This document shows, in pieces, positions 49,061 to 62,319 of a stretch of 64,000 nucleotides of DNA (the stretch's first letter is position 1; each line of letters starts with the position of its first letter). A program made the translations under genes and the position numbers. Source of the DNA: Octopus sinensis (taxonomy: Eukaryota). The notes beneath the pieces were generated by a model that worked only from the letters and a program-made list of their open reading frames with translations, was not told the DNA's origin and did no database searches. The stretch covers positions 45,694,001-45,758,000 of the forward strand of contig NC_042999.1 of NCBI RefSeq assembly GCF_006345805.1, written 5' to 3'.

Positions 49061-49320
49061 AAAAAAAAACAACAAAATTATTGTGGTGGTATATTAAGTT
49101 CCTGGTACATTAAGCCTGGTTTCAATTGTCAACTATAACCACTTTCATTTATACTTTGAATGCATTTGGAAATACACAAAAGAGATAATTTCCTATTTTC
49201 CCTTCTTCGGCAATCTGAGAAGTTGAGTCTATATAAGAAATTATTGCTGATTTTGTATTACTTTTTTTTCTTTTTCATTTTTGTACTTGTTATTAATGCT
49301 ACCTCTGTTGTTATTTGCAG

Positions 49321-49487
49321 AAACTCTCCTGAAATACTTTAGTCGCTATGGAGAAGTTATTGACTGTATTGTGATGAAAAACAAAGACACAGGATGCTCC
49401 AGAGGATTTGGTTTTGTTACATATAAAGACCCAAAATGCGTGGATTTAATTCTGTCTGGAGAACCACATATCATCGATGGGAGACAG
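49321..49487 (+). CDS. DAZAP1: Internal coding exon of an RRM RNA-binding protein (RRM1, DAZAP1/Hrb27C-like)
   Basis: Acceptor ttatttgcAG (49311-49320) and donor cag|GTAAGC (49488) bound a 167-nt exon, phase 1 in and phase 0 out. It encodes (E)TLLKYFSRYGEVIDCIVMKNKDTGCSRGFGFVTYKDPKCVDLILSGEPHIIDGRQ, including RNP1 RGFGFVTY. From memory it is closer to DAZAP1 RRM1 (about 60% identical, same exon boundaries) than to Musashi or hnRNP A1. The RRM call is near certain; the symbol is less so. Confidence 0.85.
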
Positions 49488-50603
49488 GTAAGCATGCACA
49501 GTGTCTACTTTCATTGCTCTTTAGTCATTGTATTCAGGAGAATTATATTGCAGCAGTATTGATATAATGTGAAAGGATAGTAATGTATTTAGTGAATAAG
49601 TATTATGTACTTAAAGTGATAGTTGCATAGAAGTCAAGGCAAGGTCAGGAAAAAATTTTAGAGCTAGCTAGTTAAATCAGATTTCTGAACATTAGATATC
49701 ATAAATGATGATGCATCACTGTACATGGGCATAGTGATCTAACATCATGCTAGCATGGGAAAATGGATATTATTAAACTGAGTATTATCAATCATTAATT
49801 TTTCACAACTTAATTTCCACTTTTGAATGGTACTATTACTCTTAGTCTTCACAAATCATTTCTTTCCTTCTTTAGTTTCTGTGAATCTCAACAGCAGATT
49901 CTTTATATTCTTCTATCTCCAGAGGTAATGGAATTTGTCGATTGCTTCTTTCTCTCTCCACCTCCATAACTTTGAGAGCTGTCATATCAGTTTAATTTAT
50001 AAAACATTTTTTTTTTTTGATTAAATATGACGTGTTTGTTAATTTAAAATACTAAACCACACCCTCGACACTCGTGGTTTTTTGTATTTTTATTGTGGCA
50101 ACGCCTATGATTTGAATATCTTTTTTATGAAATTGAATTTCTTTACAATACCTCCAAAGTATTTTCATTTCATTTTCTCATTACAAAAAAATTATTTTCA
50201 CCTAATAGTTGTGGTGTGACTTTGGTCAGTAAATATATGGCAAAAAAAAAATAAAACAGACAAAAAAAACCTAAGTGTTGCCTGTATTTCTTTCACATCA
50301 AATATACCATATTCTTGTGTGATTGAGAACCATGGTGTGCAGTGATTCCTTGTGTAGATTGCAATATAGCAGATAATTAATATGCTTTGGTTCATATGAG
50401 CTTGTTGGTAGTGTCAACAGTGGAGAAGGGCAAAGTCATCAGTATTGTCCAGTCAGACTTGCTTGGACTCCTGATTGTGGTCCTTCATCCATTTTCTATG
50501 GCATGTGATAATTCCTTTTAGTGACATTCAGCATCATGCATTAACCGAATGAACTTTGCAGAGTAACTAATGTGATCGCAAACACATATGGTGGTATTCA
50601 TTT

Positions 50604-50836
50604 AAGGTGGCGAGCTGGCAGAAATGTTAGCGCGCTGGGCGAAATGCTTAGCAGTATTTCGTCTGCCGCTACGTTCTGAGTTCAAATTCCACTGAGGTCA
50701 ACTTTGCCTTTCATCCTTTCGGGGTCAATTAAATAAGTACCAGTTACGCACTGGGGTTGATATAATCGTCTTAATCCGTTTGTCTGTCCTTGTTTGTCCC
50801 CTCTGTGTGTAGCCCCTTCTGGGCAGTAAAGAAATA
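50604..50836 (+). mobile_element. SINE B1
   Basis: Full-length B1. Confidence 0.92.
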
Positions 50837-51987
50837 GGCATCCACAGTAGGGTGTCATAAACAAGCTCCTTACTTCTTCACCAGTTTCCAGGAAAGCATA
50901 CCTTCTCTCTCAAATGATGTCTGATAGTTTACAAAGCTTATTGTATTATCTTTCCAAGACTCTTTCAAAATGGCATGAAGTATACACCTACATATGCAAT
51001 CAAGCATATTTCAAACTTTCTTCTTATTATCCAGATCCAACCACTGTGCAAATAGTAAGCTAGGAAAAGGCAGAGTAAATATGGTTTAATGTAAGGTAAT
51101 TTTAATTCCTTTTGGCTTAGGAATTCCCTTGGAGGTGGTTTGTAATAAGTTAATGAAGACTTTGAAACACTCTACAGTCCAAGAAAATTTCAGAATCAAT
51201 CAGTTTCAAAAGATTTATGAACAGACCGAACCTGTGACAAAGTAGTTCTGCACAAAACATTAAAATTATCTTCTCTATACAGCATTTTAACTAATTGCAT
51301 TTTGTGAACTTCATAGATAAAGACTCTGATTTATAATACTGATGCAATTTATACTTCAAATGTTAGAGAAGCATGTACACATAAAAGTTTTTGGTATGTG
51401 TGTATAATCATAGAGTTTCCTTGATTGAAATGAAATGTATGTAAATATCAGAAAATGTTGAGATTTCTTTTTTAAGTCCCATTGAATATTTTGTTTGGCC
51501 ATTTTTTTTTTTTATTAACTGTTAGAATGTTGATGCAGATGCTAGGCTCCTTCATTTCAATAATTAACACTTGAAAGGCAATAGTGAATTTCACCTAATC
51601 AACGGCTTTGAACCTCATGCACTGACTTCATTACATTGGTGCATATGATCACAATTTACGTTTTGTTTGATTTTTTTTCATTAAAGATTTTACTTTAGGA
51701 AATAGAATTATTTTCCCTCACCATACCGTCATTCTCCTTCCTATTGGAAAATTTATTCCTGTTACATGCATTACGACGATTAAGTAGTTAAGTTTCATTG
51801 GGTGGATTCTTCCAAGAAATGACTGCAAAAACATAAATTACAGTTCTTGTGGCTGAGCACTTAAGGTGGTGTTAAGACTTGTGGGCCTAGAATTTATTTC
51901 ATTTTTTGTCTTATATTTTTTTGCATGTTTCATTTTATATTCTTATGAAGATACACATTCTTCACTTTCTACTATTTCTATGTATGT

Positions 51988-52068
<81 letters not shown>

Positions 52069-52528
52069 TAGCACATTCAAATGATTCCAGCTGGGAAATA
52101 TGATCAACCAACATTAAAAGATGATGATCGGCTTCTTGCTAATTGACTGATTACTGTTAGAATTAACATGTAGTTGTAAAATACATTGTAGAATAACTGA
52201 ATTTACAGAAACAGTGAAAACCATAAATGGCAGAGAAAGCCAGACCTAAAAGTTAAAAAAAAATACAAAAAACAAAAATCCAGTCTTAAAAAAAGAAAAA
52301 AAAAGCAGCAAAATAGAAGTTATTCTTAAAACCTTATTCCTGATGTTTTTTATATTTTTTTTCTTTTTCCTGCATGTTGATATTTCTTCTTCCCTCTGAG
52401 AAGTTAGAATGGTCAATATTGATCACTATGAATATTACCAGCTCTACATTTTATTTTGTTTCTTTCTTTCCTTATTTCTTCCACCGCATTCACTCACTCA
52501 CTGGTGTTATGTCTGCAGAGTGCTTTAA

Positions 52529-52571
<43 letters not shown>

Positions 52572-52849
52572 TCCACAGTGTTTATATTTCACATCTTTGC
52601 ACAATTTAAAAATATATAAAGCAGAGTTGTGTTGTGTATGTTTTCTTGTGCAACACACACCACTCCAGTTTGAGATAGAGACACAATTCACACATGAGAT
52701 TTATTATAGGAAACAAATGCGTTAAACTCTCAAACAGATGAATACACAATTAAAAACCTTATAAAACAAAACAGAACACAAACTGCAACACACTTGACCT
52801 TAAGTAATAACATACTACAAAAGCACCAAAACCAAAACCTCCTTATTAA

Positions 52850-53258
52850 TCTTTATATATTAAGCTGAAGTTGTCTGTGTCTGTGTGTGTGTGTGGCAGG
52901 TTTTGTAGCCTTCAACTAACACTATCTCCTCCAAGACTCTGCGGCGCAAGTTGACCAAAATTGAGAGTATGATAGAAGAAGGCTTGCTCTTCATTCCGTA
53001 GAAGAAAAAAATCAGATCGAACCATGTTAAGACCAAAAATTATTTACATCAAAAAGGTGCTTTTTCTCTATGAAAATCCCTATTTTTTAATGATTTTTTG
53101 ACTGTTGTGTTGCCATTTTTCGGTGTATTTCAACCAGAAAAATGTTCACTTAAAGAGAATAACAAGCTACATAATGCAAAATTTCTACTTTTCAAAAATT
53201 CCAATTCTAAAGGGTTGAAAAGGAAACAAACCCGATCAACACCGGGCTATACTGCTAG
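52850..53258 (+). mobile_element. Non-autonomous Helitron (copy 4)
   Basis: A|TCTTTATATATTAAGCTGAAGTTG ... CCCGATCAACACCGGG hairpin (53231-53246) ... CTAG|T. Confidence 0.85.
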
Positions 53259-53664
53259 TAATACACTACAAGTAAAAGTTTGAGAACAAGCTACTAATGG
53301 CCTGTGTAATGTATAAATTTAAATGTAAAACTGAACGAGAGGGAGGAGTATGTGGTAAGGCTAGACTTGTTTTGATATTTGTGTGTGCAGATGTAGGGAT
53401 GGGTAGTATAGTTCATTAGTTTGACCTTAGTCACAACAGGCACTCCTGCAAGGAATTCATATGCTGTAGGGTCAGGAAGCAAATTTAACTCTGTGTCTCC
53501 TGATGAAATGAACACATGAAATATGAGACCCACCCGATGTCCATGGATACTACGGATTGTACTGGAATCGTTCCAGGAATATAGACTTTGATTGTTAGAA
53601 ACATGATTTGTAGATACATGCATAGGGAGGCATTAAAATATTTATAAATTCCAACCAAGAATTA

Positions 53665-53705
<41 letters not shown>

Positions 53706-53757
53706 GTTATTATTATTATTATTATTGTTATTATTATTATTATTATTATTGTTGTTG

Positions 53758-53790
<33 letters not shown>
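53665..53790. repeat. (TAT)n/(TGT)n trinucleotide microsatellite
   Basis: Directly visible. Confidence 0.95.
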
Positions 53791-53791
<1 letters not shown>

Positions 53792-54237
53792 TGTATTTAT
53801 CCTACATTACATTGGCACAGCTCAATACAAGCCCATAAAACTGCTATTCCAAGTTGGTATCATTAGGCTGTAAGAGGCATAATAGAATCGGAGTTTTTAT
53901 ATGCATACTAAAAAAACTTTCCCGTAAATGAACTTAAAGGATATATATATTATATATATATTATATTATATCATCATCATCACATCATCAATCATCGTTT
54001 AACGTCCGCTTTCCGTGCTAGCACGGGTTGGACGGTTTCGACGGGGTCTGGGGGGATCGGGACTGCCCCAGGCTCCAGTCTAGTCGGCAGTGTTTCTACA
54101 GTTGGATGCCCCCTAACGCCAACCACTCCGCGAGTGTAGTGGGTGTTTTTTACGTGCCACCTGCACAGGTGCCAGAGGGGTCTGGCATCGGCCAAGTTCG
54201 GATATATTATATATATATTATATAATAATATATATAT

Positions 54238-54271
<34 letters not shown>

Positions 54272-54421
54272 ATATATATAATATATATATATATATTATA
54301 TAATATATATAATATATTATATATTATATATAATATTATATATATATATATATATTATATATATATATATATATTATATATATATATTATATTATATATA
54401 TTTATATATATATATATATAT

Positions 54422-54800
54422 ATAATAAATGTGAAATAGAAAGATGAATAATCTGTAATAGATTAATCAAAAGTTTAACCGATACCTTAGTAGCAAAAAT
54501 CACAGCAGTAAACAGCACGGTTGGAGGTACAACCATCTGGCGTTGCAACCGTGCGTTGGTGTGGATATTGAAATTAAAAACTTATTGGTGAATTGAAGAA
54601 ATGGAGCTGAACGCAGATTGAACAGAAATCGTTTTATTTCATTCTACAACGTGTTTCGAAAGGCACAAATTACCAAAATCCGATTGAATAATGGGACCAT
54701 ATTGTGTCTTTCTCTTCAGGAAGAAAAAAGGAAATCCGTTGGAAAAACAAAAACAGAACAGAGGCGGAGCAAAAAACAAATCGAACTATGCTCCTAAGAT
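54422..54800 (-). mobile_element. About 380-bp non-coding HHR-bearing element (solo Penelope pLTR or retrozyme monomer) embedded in a TA array
   Basis: Unique sequence bounded on both sides by (TA)n. It carries the HHR at 54642-54725 and a 9-bp stem GCACGGTTG/CAACCGTGC. Confidence 0.65.
54642..54725 (-). ncRNA. Type I hammerhead ribozyme motif with canonical CUGAAGA core and long stem II
   Basis: Minus strand: UUCUUC - CUGAAGA - GAAAG A CACAA ...loop... UUGUG C CUUUC - GAA - AC ac GU - U - GUAGAA. Stem II is 5+5 bp, stem I is 5 of 6 pairs, and the triplet is GUU. Confidence 0.75.
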
Positions 54801-54864
54801 ATTATATATATATATATTATATATATATATATATATTATTATCTAATATATATTATATATTATA

Positions 54865-54906
<42 letters not shown>

Positions 54907-55227
54907 ATATATATTATATTATATATTAATATATATATAATATATATATATATCTAATATATATATATATTATATATAATATATTATATATATAGTTATA
55001 TTATATATATATATATTCTATATATATATAATTATATATATATTATATATATATATATTATATTATATATAGATAATATATATATATATATAATATATAT
55101 ATATATTATATAATATCTATATATATATATAATATATTATATATATATTATATTATATTATATATCTATTATATATATATATATATTATATTATATTATA
55201 TATATATATATTATTATATATATATAT

Positions 55228-55259
<32 letters not shown>

Positions 55260-55419
55260 ATATATATAATATAATATATATTATATATATATATTATTAT
55301 ATATATATATTATTAATATATATATATTATATATATATTATATATATATATATTATATATATATATATATATTATATAATATATATATATATATTTATAT
55401 ATATATATATATTATATAT

Positions 55420-55454
<35 letters not shown>

Positions 55455-55571
55455 ATTATATATTATATATTATTATATAATATATATATTATATTATATA
55501 TATTATATAATATATATATATATAATATATTATATAATAATATATATTATATATAATTATATATTATATAT

Positions 55572-55603
<32 letters not shown>

Positions 55604-56587
55604 TATATATTATATATATACTATTATGTATATAATATTGTTGTATATTATATGTATATTATATGTGTATTATATATGTGTTATATATATGTATAATATG
55701 TATATATGTGTATTGTAATATGTAATTTTATATATGTATATTGTATCTATATATGTATATGTATTTATATATATGTATATAATGTATATATATATGTATT
55801 ATATGTTATATATATGTATATTATATGTATATATATGTGTATATATATGTGTATATATATGTATATATATGTGTATATATGTGTATATATATGTTATATA
55901 TGTGTATATATATGTGTATATATATGTATATATATGTGTATATATATGTATATATATGTGTATATATATGTATTATATGTATATATATGTGTATAATATT
56001 ATATATATGTGTATATATATGTATATATATGTATATATATATGTATGTATATATATGTGTATATATATGTATATATATGTGTATATATATTATATATATG
56101 TATATATATATGTATGTATATATATGTATATATAATGTGTATATATATGTATATATATGTATATATGTGTATATATATGTGTATATATATGTGTATATAT
56201 ATGTGTATATATATGTATATATATGTATATATATATGTTATATATGTGTATATATTGTATATATATGTATATATATGTATATATATTATATATATATGTA
56301 TATATATGTATATATATGTTATATATATATGTATATATAGTGTATATATATGTATATATATGTATATATATGTATATATATGTATATATATGTATATATA
56401 TGTATATATATGTGTATATATATGTATATTGTGTATATATAATGTGTTATATATATGTATATATATATGTAATATATGTATAATATATATGTATATATAT
56501 TATATATATGTATATATATGTATATATATGTATATATATGTATATGTATATATATATGTGTATATGTATATATATGTATATATATTG

Positions 56588-56620
<33 letters not shown>

Positions 56621-56703
56621 GTATATATATTATATATTATTGTATATATATATTGTATATATATATATGTATATGTATATATATGTATGTATATATATAT
56701 ATG

Positions 56704-56734
<31 letters not shown>

Positions 56735-56778
56735 TATAATATATATATGTATATATATGTATATATATATTGTATATA

Positions 56779-56817
<39 letters not shown>

Positions 56818-57236
56818 GTATATATATATATATGTAATATATATATATATGTATATATATTATAATATGTATATATATATATATTATATAATATATATGT
56901 ATATTATATATATGTTATTTATATGTATATTATATGTATATGTATATATATATATGTATATGTATTATATGTATATTATATATATATTTATTTATATATA
57001 TATATGTATATGTATATATATAATGTTATATATATATATATGTATATATATATGTATATGTATATATATATATGTATATGTATATATATATATGTTATAT
57101 ATATATGTATATGTTATATATTATTTATGATGTATAATATATTATGTATATATATATGTATATGTAATATATATGTATTATGTAATATATATATGTTATA
57201 TGTATATATATTATATAATATATATATATAATATAA
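54800..57236. repeat. About 2.4-kb degenerate TA/TAT/TATG array
   Basis: Directly visible; almost pure A/T up to about 55620, then TATG-rich. Confidence 0.95.
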
Positions 57237-57333
57237 CGGGAAGCTTTATGAAAATAAACAAAAGACGAAGGCAGGTGGAAAACAAACGAACAATTGTATT
57301 AGTATGGCGCTCAGGAAATATAAATAAAACAAG

Positions 57334-57370
57334 TCTTTAACGTTTCGAGCCTACGCTCTTCACAGAAAGA
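57334..57370 (-). ncRNA. Minimal type I hammerhead-like motif in the Penelope pLTR, non-canonical core
   Basis: UCUUU - CUGUGAA - GAGC guag GCUC - GAA - ACGU - U - AAAGA, with palindrome AACGUU. The core is CUGUGA rather than CUGANGA. Confidence 0.65.
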
Positions 57371-59840
57371 TACCCAGAGAGAGAAAAACACAGAAAGAAG
57401 AGAGAAAAAATGCGTGCAGTAGCTAACGAATCAACATGGCGATCTGATTTCGGCCAGAGGTCAAAGATCAAACATGAGACGCGAGAGCGAAATAGGGGAG
57501 ATAATAGGGTTGATAAATGGGTTGAAGGACCAGCTAAAAGTGCGTGGGAGGGTCTGGATGGTGTATGTATAGGGTTGGTGTATGTATTAGTATGTATAAG
57601 GGTGTGTGTGTGTGTGTGTGTGTATGAGATGAGAGTATTAGTGCGTAAGATTGGTCTGGACGTGCGTATGTATGGGGTTGTGTATGTATTAGTATGTATT
57701 AGTATGTATTAGTACGTATTGGTATGTATAGGTGTGTGTGTGTGTGAGAGAGTATAAGTGCGTATGCGGGGTCTGGACGTGTGTATGTATAGGGTTGGTG
57801 TAAGTATTAGTATGTACTAGTATGTATTAGTACGTATTAGTATGTATTAGTTGGTGTGTGTATTAGTATGGCACATCATATGTGATGTGATGTGTAAAGT
57901 CATGTGGTGTAGTGAGGAGAAGAGGGGGAGAAGAGGGGGGAGAGAAGGAGGGGAGAAGAGGGGGAGGAGAAGGGGGAAGAGGAGACGATGGGGGAGAAGG
58001 AAGGTGAGGAGGGGGATGAAGGAGGAAAGAGGGAGAGGGGGAGAGGAGAAGGGAGAGAGGGAGTGAGAGCAGAGGGAAAGGGGAAGAGGAGGGAGAAAGA
58101 GGGAAGAAGGGAAGGGGAGTAGGGGTGAAAGGATGAAGGACTGAAGAAGTAGGGGTCGGGGGGAGAAAGGATAGGTGAGGAGGGGGGAGAAGGGTTAGAT
58201 GAGGAGGGGGGGAGAGTTGAGACCAAATGGCGTATAAGAGCGAAGAGAGAAGATTAATTCCTGTTCACGGCGCAAACGGGAATCCGGATGGCCTCTGTGT
58301 AAGGACAAACCGAACACAGATAGGTGTTGCAAGGAGTGACCGGTGGAGCGGAAATGGCGTGACCGGTGTGTCGTTCGCAAGGTGGATGTCACGAAGGTGT
58401 TCCGCGAACCGGTCAGCCAAGCGGCGTCCCGTTTGTCCGATGTACAAGGAATTGCAAAGAGAGCAAGAGATGCAATAGATAATATTGCTGGAGGTGCAGG
58501 TGAAGGAGTGGATGATGGGAGGGTCGATGGTGGGTGCTAGTGAGGCGGGTGGTGTTGGAGAGGTAAGGGCAAGTGCGGCAACGTGGGCGGGAGCAGGGGA
58601 ACGAGCCGGGTTGGGAGGTAGGGTCAGGGAAGGAGCTATGGACCAAAAGGTCTCGAAGGTTGTGGGCTCGTTTGAAAGAGGGGAGGGGTCGGTTAGGGAA
58701 GAGGTGTGAAGTGGACGGGTCGGACTGAAGATGACGGAAAGCTCGAAGAATAGTGCGTTGGAGACGTAGGGTCGTGGGGTGGTAAGTGAAGGGAAAAGGG
58801 AGGCGGGAGACTACAGGGCGGGTTCGGGGAGAGAGAGCAGATACACGGTCCACGGACCGTGCTCTGGCAAGGGCGGTGTGGATAGTGGTGAGGGGGTATC
58901 CACGTAGGGTGAAGTGGTGAGCCATACATTGAGACTGAGTCTCAAAGTCATGGTCGTCACTACAGAGCCTACGTAGACGGAGGAATTGGGAATAGGGGAT
59001 GGAAAGCTTGGTGTGTTCTGGGTGGGAGGAAGAGAAGTTGAGGTATGAGTGTGAGTCTGTGTGTTTGTAGTGAATGGAGGTGGTAAGAGTGGAGTGAAGA
59101 ATGCTAACCGAAATGTCGAGGAAGGAGACAGAGGTGTTGGAGATAGTGGAAGTGAAGTGGAGGGCTGGATGGAAAGATTGGACGAAAGAGAGGAAGGAAT
59201 CTAGATGTTCGCGGGAGAGTGAGGTGGCACCGATAATGTCGTCAATATAACGACCATATAGTTCAGGAGTGGGACCAGTGAAATTAGAGAATATTTGGGC
59301 CTCAACATAGCCATGAACAGGTTCGCATAGTTGGGGCCATTCGCGTTCCCGTGGCCACTCCCGAGACCTGATGGTAGAACTCGCCCGCGAACGAGAAGCA
59401 GTTCAGAGTAAGGACAAGTTCGGCCAGACGAATGAGTGTGGAGGTGTGGTCAGGTACAGGTTAGAGCGGAGGTCAAAAAAGTGTCGAAGGGCCTGCAGTC
59501 CTTCGTGGTGAGGCATAACAGTATAGAGGCTTTGGATGTCCATAGTAAAAAGGATTTTGGAGGAAAGGAGAAAGAGTTGAAAAGCCGGAGAGCATGGTTG
59601 GTATCGTGGATGTGGGAGGGAAGAGATGCCACTAGGGGGGCAAGGACACGGTCGAGGTATTTAGAGATGAGCTCCGTGGGGCAGTTACAGGCAGAGACGA
59701 TGGGGCGGCCAGGGTTGTTGGGTTTGTGGATTTTGGGGAGGAAGTAAATGGTGAGGGTACGTGGGGTTCGCACAATTAGGTTGGATGCGGTGCGGGGGAG
59801 ACGGGAGGACGAGATGAGGTCTTGGACAGTAGAGGATACC

Positions 59841-60067
59841 TATTTCTTTATTACCCACAAGGGGCTAAACACAGAGGGGACAAACAAGGACAGACATAGG
59901 TATTAAGTCGATTACATCGGCCCCAGTGCGTAACTGGTACTTAATCGACCCCGAAAGGATGAAAGGCAAAGTCGACCTCGGCGGAATTTGAACTCAGAAC
60001 GTAACGGCAGACGAAATACGGCTACGCAATTTGTCCGACGTGCTAACGTTTCTGCCAGCTCACCGCC
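59841..60067 (-). mobile_element. SINE B1 inserted in the Penelope ORF
   Basis: Perfect 15-bp TSD ACAGTAGAGGATACC at 59826-59840 and 60072-60086 (19 bp allowing one mismatch). Confidence 0.95.
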
Positions 60068-61747
60068 TTGAACAGTAGAGGATACCGTCTGTTGGTAGCT
60101 ACGTGTGGGGTTAGAGGGCAGAGGGGAATAGGAGGAGGTGTCATTGAGTTGGCGGAAAGCCTCGGCCCTATAGAGGTCCGCGCGCCACACCACTATAGCT
60201 CCACCCTTGTCAGCCGGTTTGATGATAATGTCAGCGCGCCGTTGGAGGGAACGAAGAGCCAAGAGCTCAGCCGGGGAGATGTTGAGGCGGCGTTGGCGCC
60301 TGGAGAAGTTGAACCGCTCCAATGCACGCTGACAAGCGCCCGCGAAAAGATCCACTGCTAGGATCTGGCCAGGGGCAGGCGTCCACGGGGATGGTCGGCG
60401 GCCCAGGCCAGTGAAGCAGTCGTCCTCTTCGTGGGGTGTGGGTGGCGAGTCGTGGTAATGCACACCCAACCGGACACGGCGCACAAAGCTGTGGACATCA
60501 ACTCGCGTCTGGAATTCCTTACAGGATGGAGTGAGGGGGATGAAACGCAGACCCCTACCAAGGATGGAGCGTTCAGCCGCAGAGAGGGGAAGATCGGGGG
60601 GAATGGTAACAACAGACGGAAGTGGAGAAGGGGTGGGTGGAATAGAAGTAGGAGGGGTGGTAGGTCTCGTGGAGGTCTGAGGGGGAGGGATTGGGGAGGG
60701 GGTGGGGTGGTTGGGCGAGGCAGCATGTGTGTATGTATGTATGTATGTATGTGATATGCTTCATCTCATTCTCCATCTTATATTATTTGTTTCCACTGTT
60801 CTGAATTTGCTCTTAGTTCCTAAATAATGAGAAATATATTACGCTTATATTTTTCTGCCATTAAAGCGACGAGCTGCTTCATATCATATCCTGTCTTAGT
60901 GCTTATTAAATGATGATATGAAATCTTTTGCTTTTAATCGGATATCATGCAAAATTTACGAAATCTCATTAGTTTTGTGTTCTTAGCGAGTTTATTGTTT
61001 CTTTATCTTCACAGAGAATATGGGAAGGAAATTGAACATGATCATCAGCATCTCCTTAAGTTTTTCATATCTCTCTGTTGTTCTTTTTTTTTTGTTGTTG
61101 TTGTTGTTGCCTCGAAGTGTTTATTGTCGTTTCTCAAAGTTTAGAAGTATCTATTATTATGTAATAATGATGGTAGAAGAGGCAGGTAGATTTCAGTGTT
61201 TGGTACTGAGGCTAGTTAGTTAAGGAGACTTGTTTATCATACAAACAGCATCATCTTTGTCACGGTTATGAGTATTTTCAATTATTATTATTATTGCCAG
61301 AAAAGACCGGAGCCTGGTGCAGCCTTCTGGCTTCCCAGATTCCCGGTCGAACCGTCCAACCCATGCTAGCATGGAGAACGGATGTTAAACGATGATGATG
61401 ATGATGATGATTGAGAGAGCAGCACACATTATCAAAGTGACACTGGAATACAAATATATGAAACCCATCATGACTAGCTATCTGATAAGGGTACACCAGT
61501 CACATGCATCACAACTACATGTGTGCAACATGCTGACCTCACATCAAGATAAACAGCTCTTGACCATGCAGGTGGGGCCCAGTTAGAATTTTCTTCAGGT
61601 TGAGTAGCTCCCTGAATAAGTGTTGTTTAAGGATGATGCACAAAACATGCATGTTTCCAGGGGTGAAATATTAAAATCCCAAAGAATTCAACTTCTAGCA
61701 GGTCATTATTGATGACAGAAAGGGACAACTTTCCATAAACTTTCATA

Positions 61748-62160
61748 GGCGCAGGTGTGGCTGTGTGGTAAGTAGCTTGCTTACGAACCACATGGTTCCT
61801 GGTTCAGTCCCACTGCGTGGCACCTTGGGCAAGTGTCTTCTACTATAGCCTCGGACTGACCAAAGCCTTTTGAGTGGATTTAGTAGACAGAAACTGAAAG
61901 AAGCCTGTTATATATATATATATATACATGTGTATGTGTGTGTATATGTTTGTGTGTTTGTGTTTGTTCCCCCAACATCACTTAATGACTGATGCTGGTG
62001 TGTTTACGTCCCCGTAACTAAGTAGTTTTCTGCAAAAGAGACCCATAGAATAAGTACTAGGCTTATAAAGAATAAGTCCTGGGGACAATTTGCTTGACTA
62101 ACGGCAGTGCTTCAGCATGGCCACAGTCAAATGACTGAAACAAGTAAAAGAGTAAATGAG
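61748..62160 (+). mobile_element. SINE family A, full length
   Basis: Complete head-to-tail match. Confidence 0.92.
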
Positions 62161-62319
62161 TAATTATAGAAATAGGATATAAAGATTTGAGAGGCTACCA
62201 TACTTCATTGCTGTTTATTCTGCCAGAATAGAAAGACTTATATATAAATGTAAAATACTAGATACATATTAAAGATAAGTAATGAATACAGAATGAACAC
62301 TTAGCATAATTATCTAAGT

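Larger units (their letters stand above)
57237..60722 (-). mobile_element. Penelope-like retroelement (RT plus GIY-YIG), 5'-truncated, with 3' pLTR
   Basis: Minus-strand motifs KPADKGGAIVVW, YFLPKIHKPNNPGRPIVS, GRYIDD (59238-59249), CSRPRCRTC and YIGQTGRRLADRFAEH, with the stop at about 58195. A CT-rich and repetitive UTR and an HHR-like motif follow. The element lies between a TA array and an (ATGT)n run. Confidence 0.93.

Noticed and set aside
48471-49110. Candidates for the upstream DAZAP1 exon (IFLGG at about 48475, CGGIL at about 49083)
   Set aside because: They do not match KLFVGGL.W and lack suitable splice sites.
49281-49562. 93-aa ORF as a stand-alone gene
   Set aside because: The TTG start and the C-terminal 24 residues are intronic read-through around the exon.
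51021-51060. CCAG|ATCCAACC as the next DAZAP1 exon
   Set aside because: The phase-0 frame gives IQPLCK* and not an IDPKPC-like sequence.
55706-57231. Long Y/I/M/C/V-rich ORFs (up to 373 aa), and similar ORFs at 5.3-6.4, 37.5-38.6 and 47.6-47.9 kb
   Set aside because: Translations of TA/TG microsatellites that happen to lack stop codons.
59912-60067. C-terminal part of the 190-aa minus ORF (GGELAETL...)
   Set aside because: Read-through into the inserted B1 SINE.
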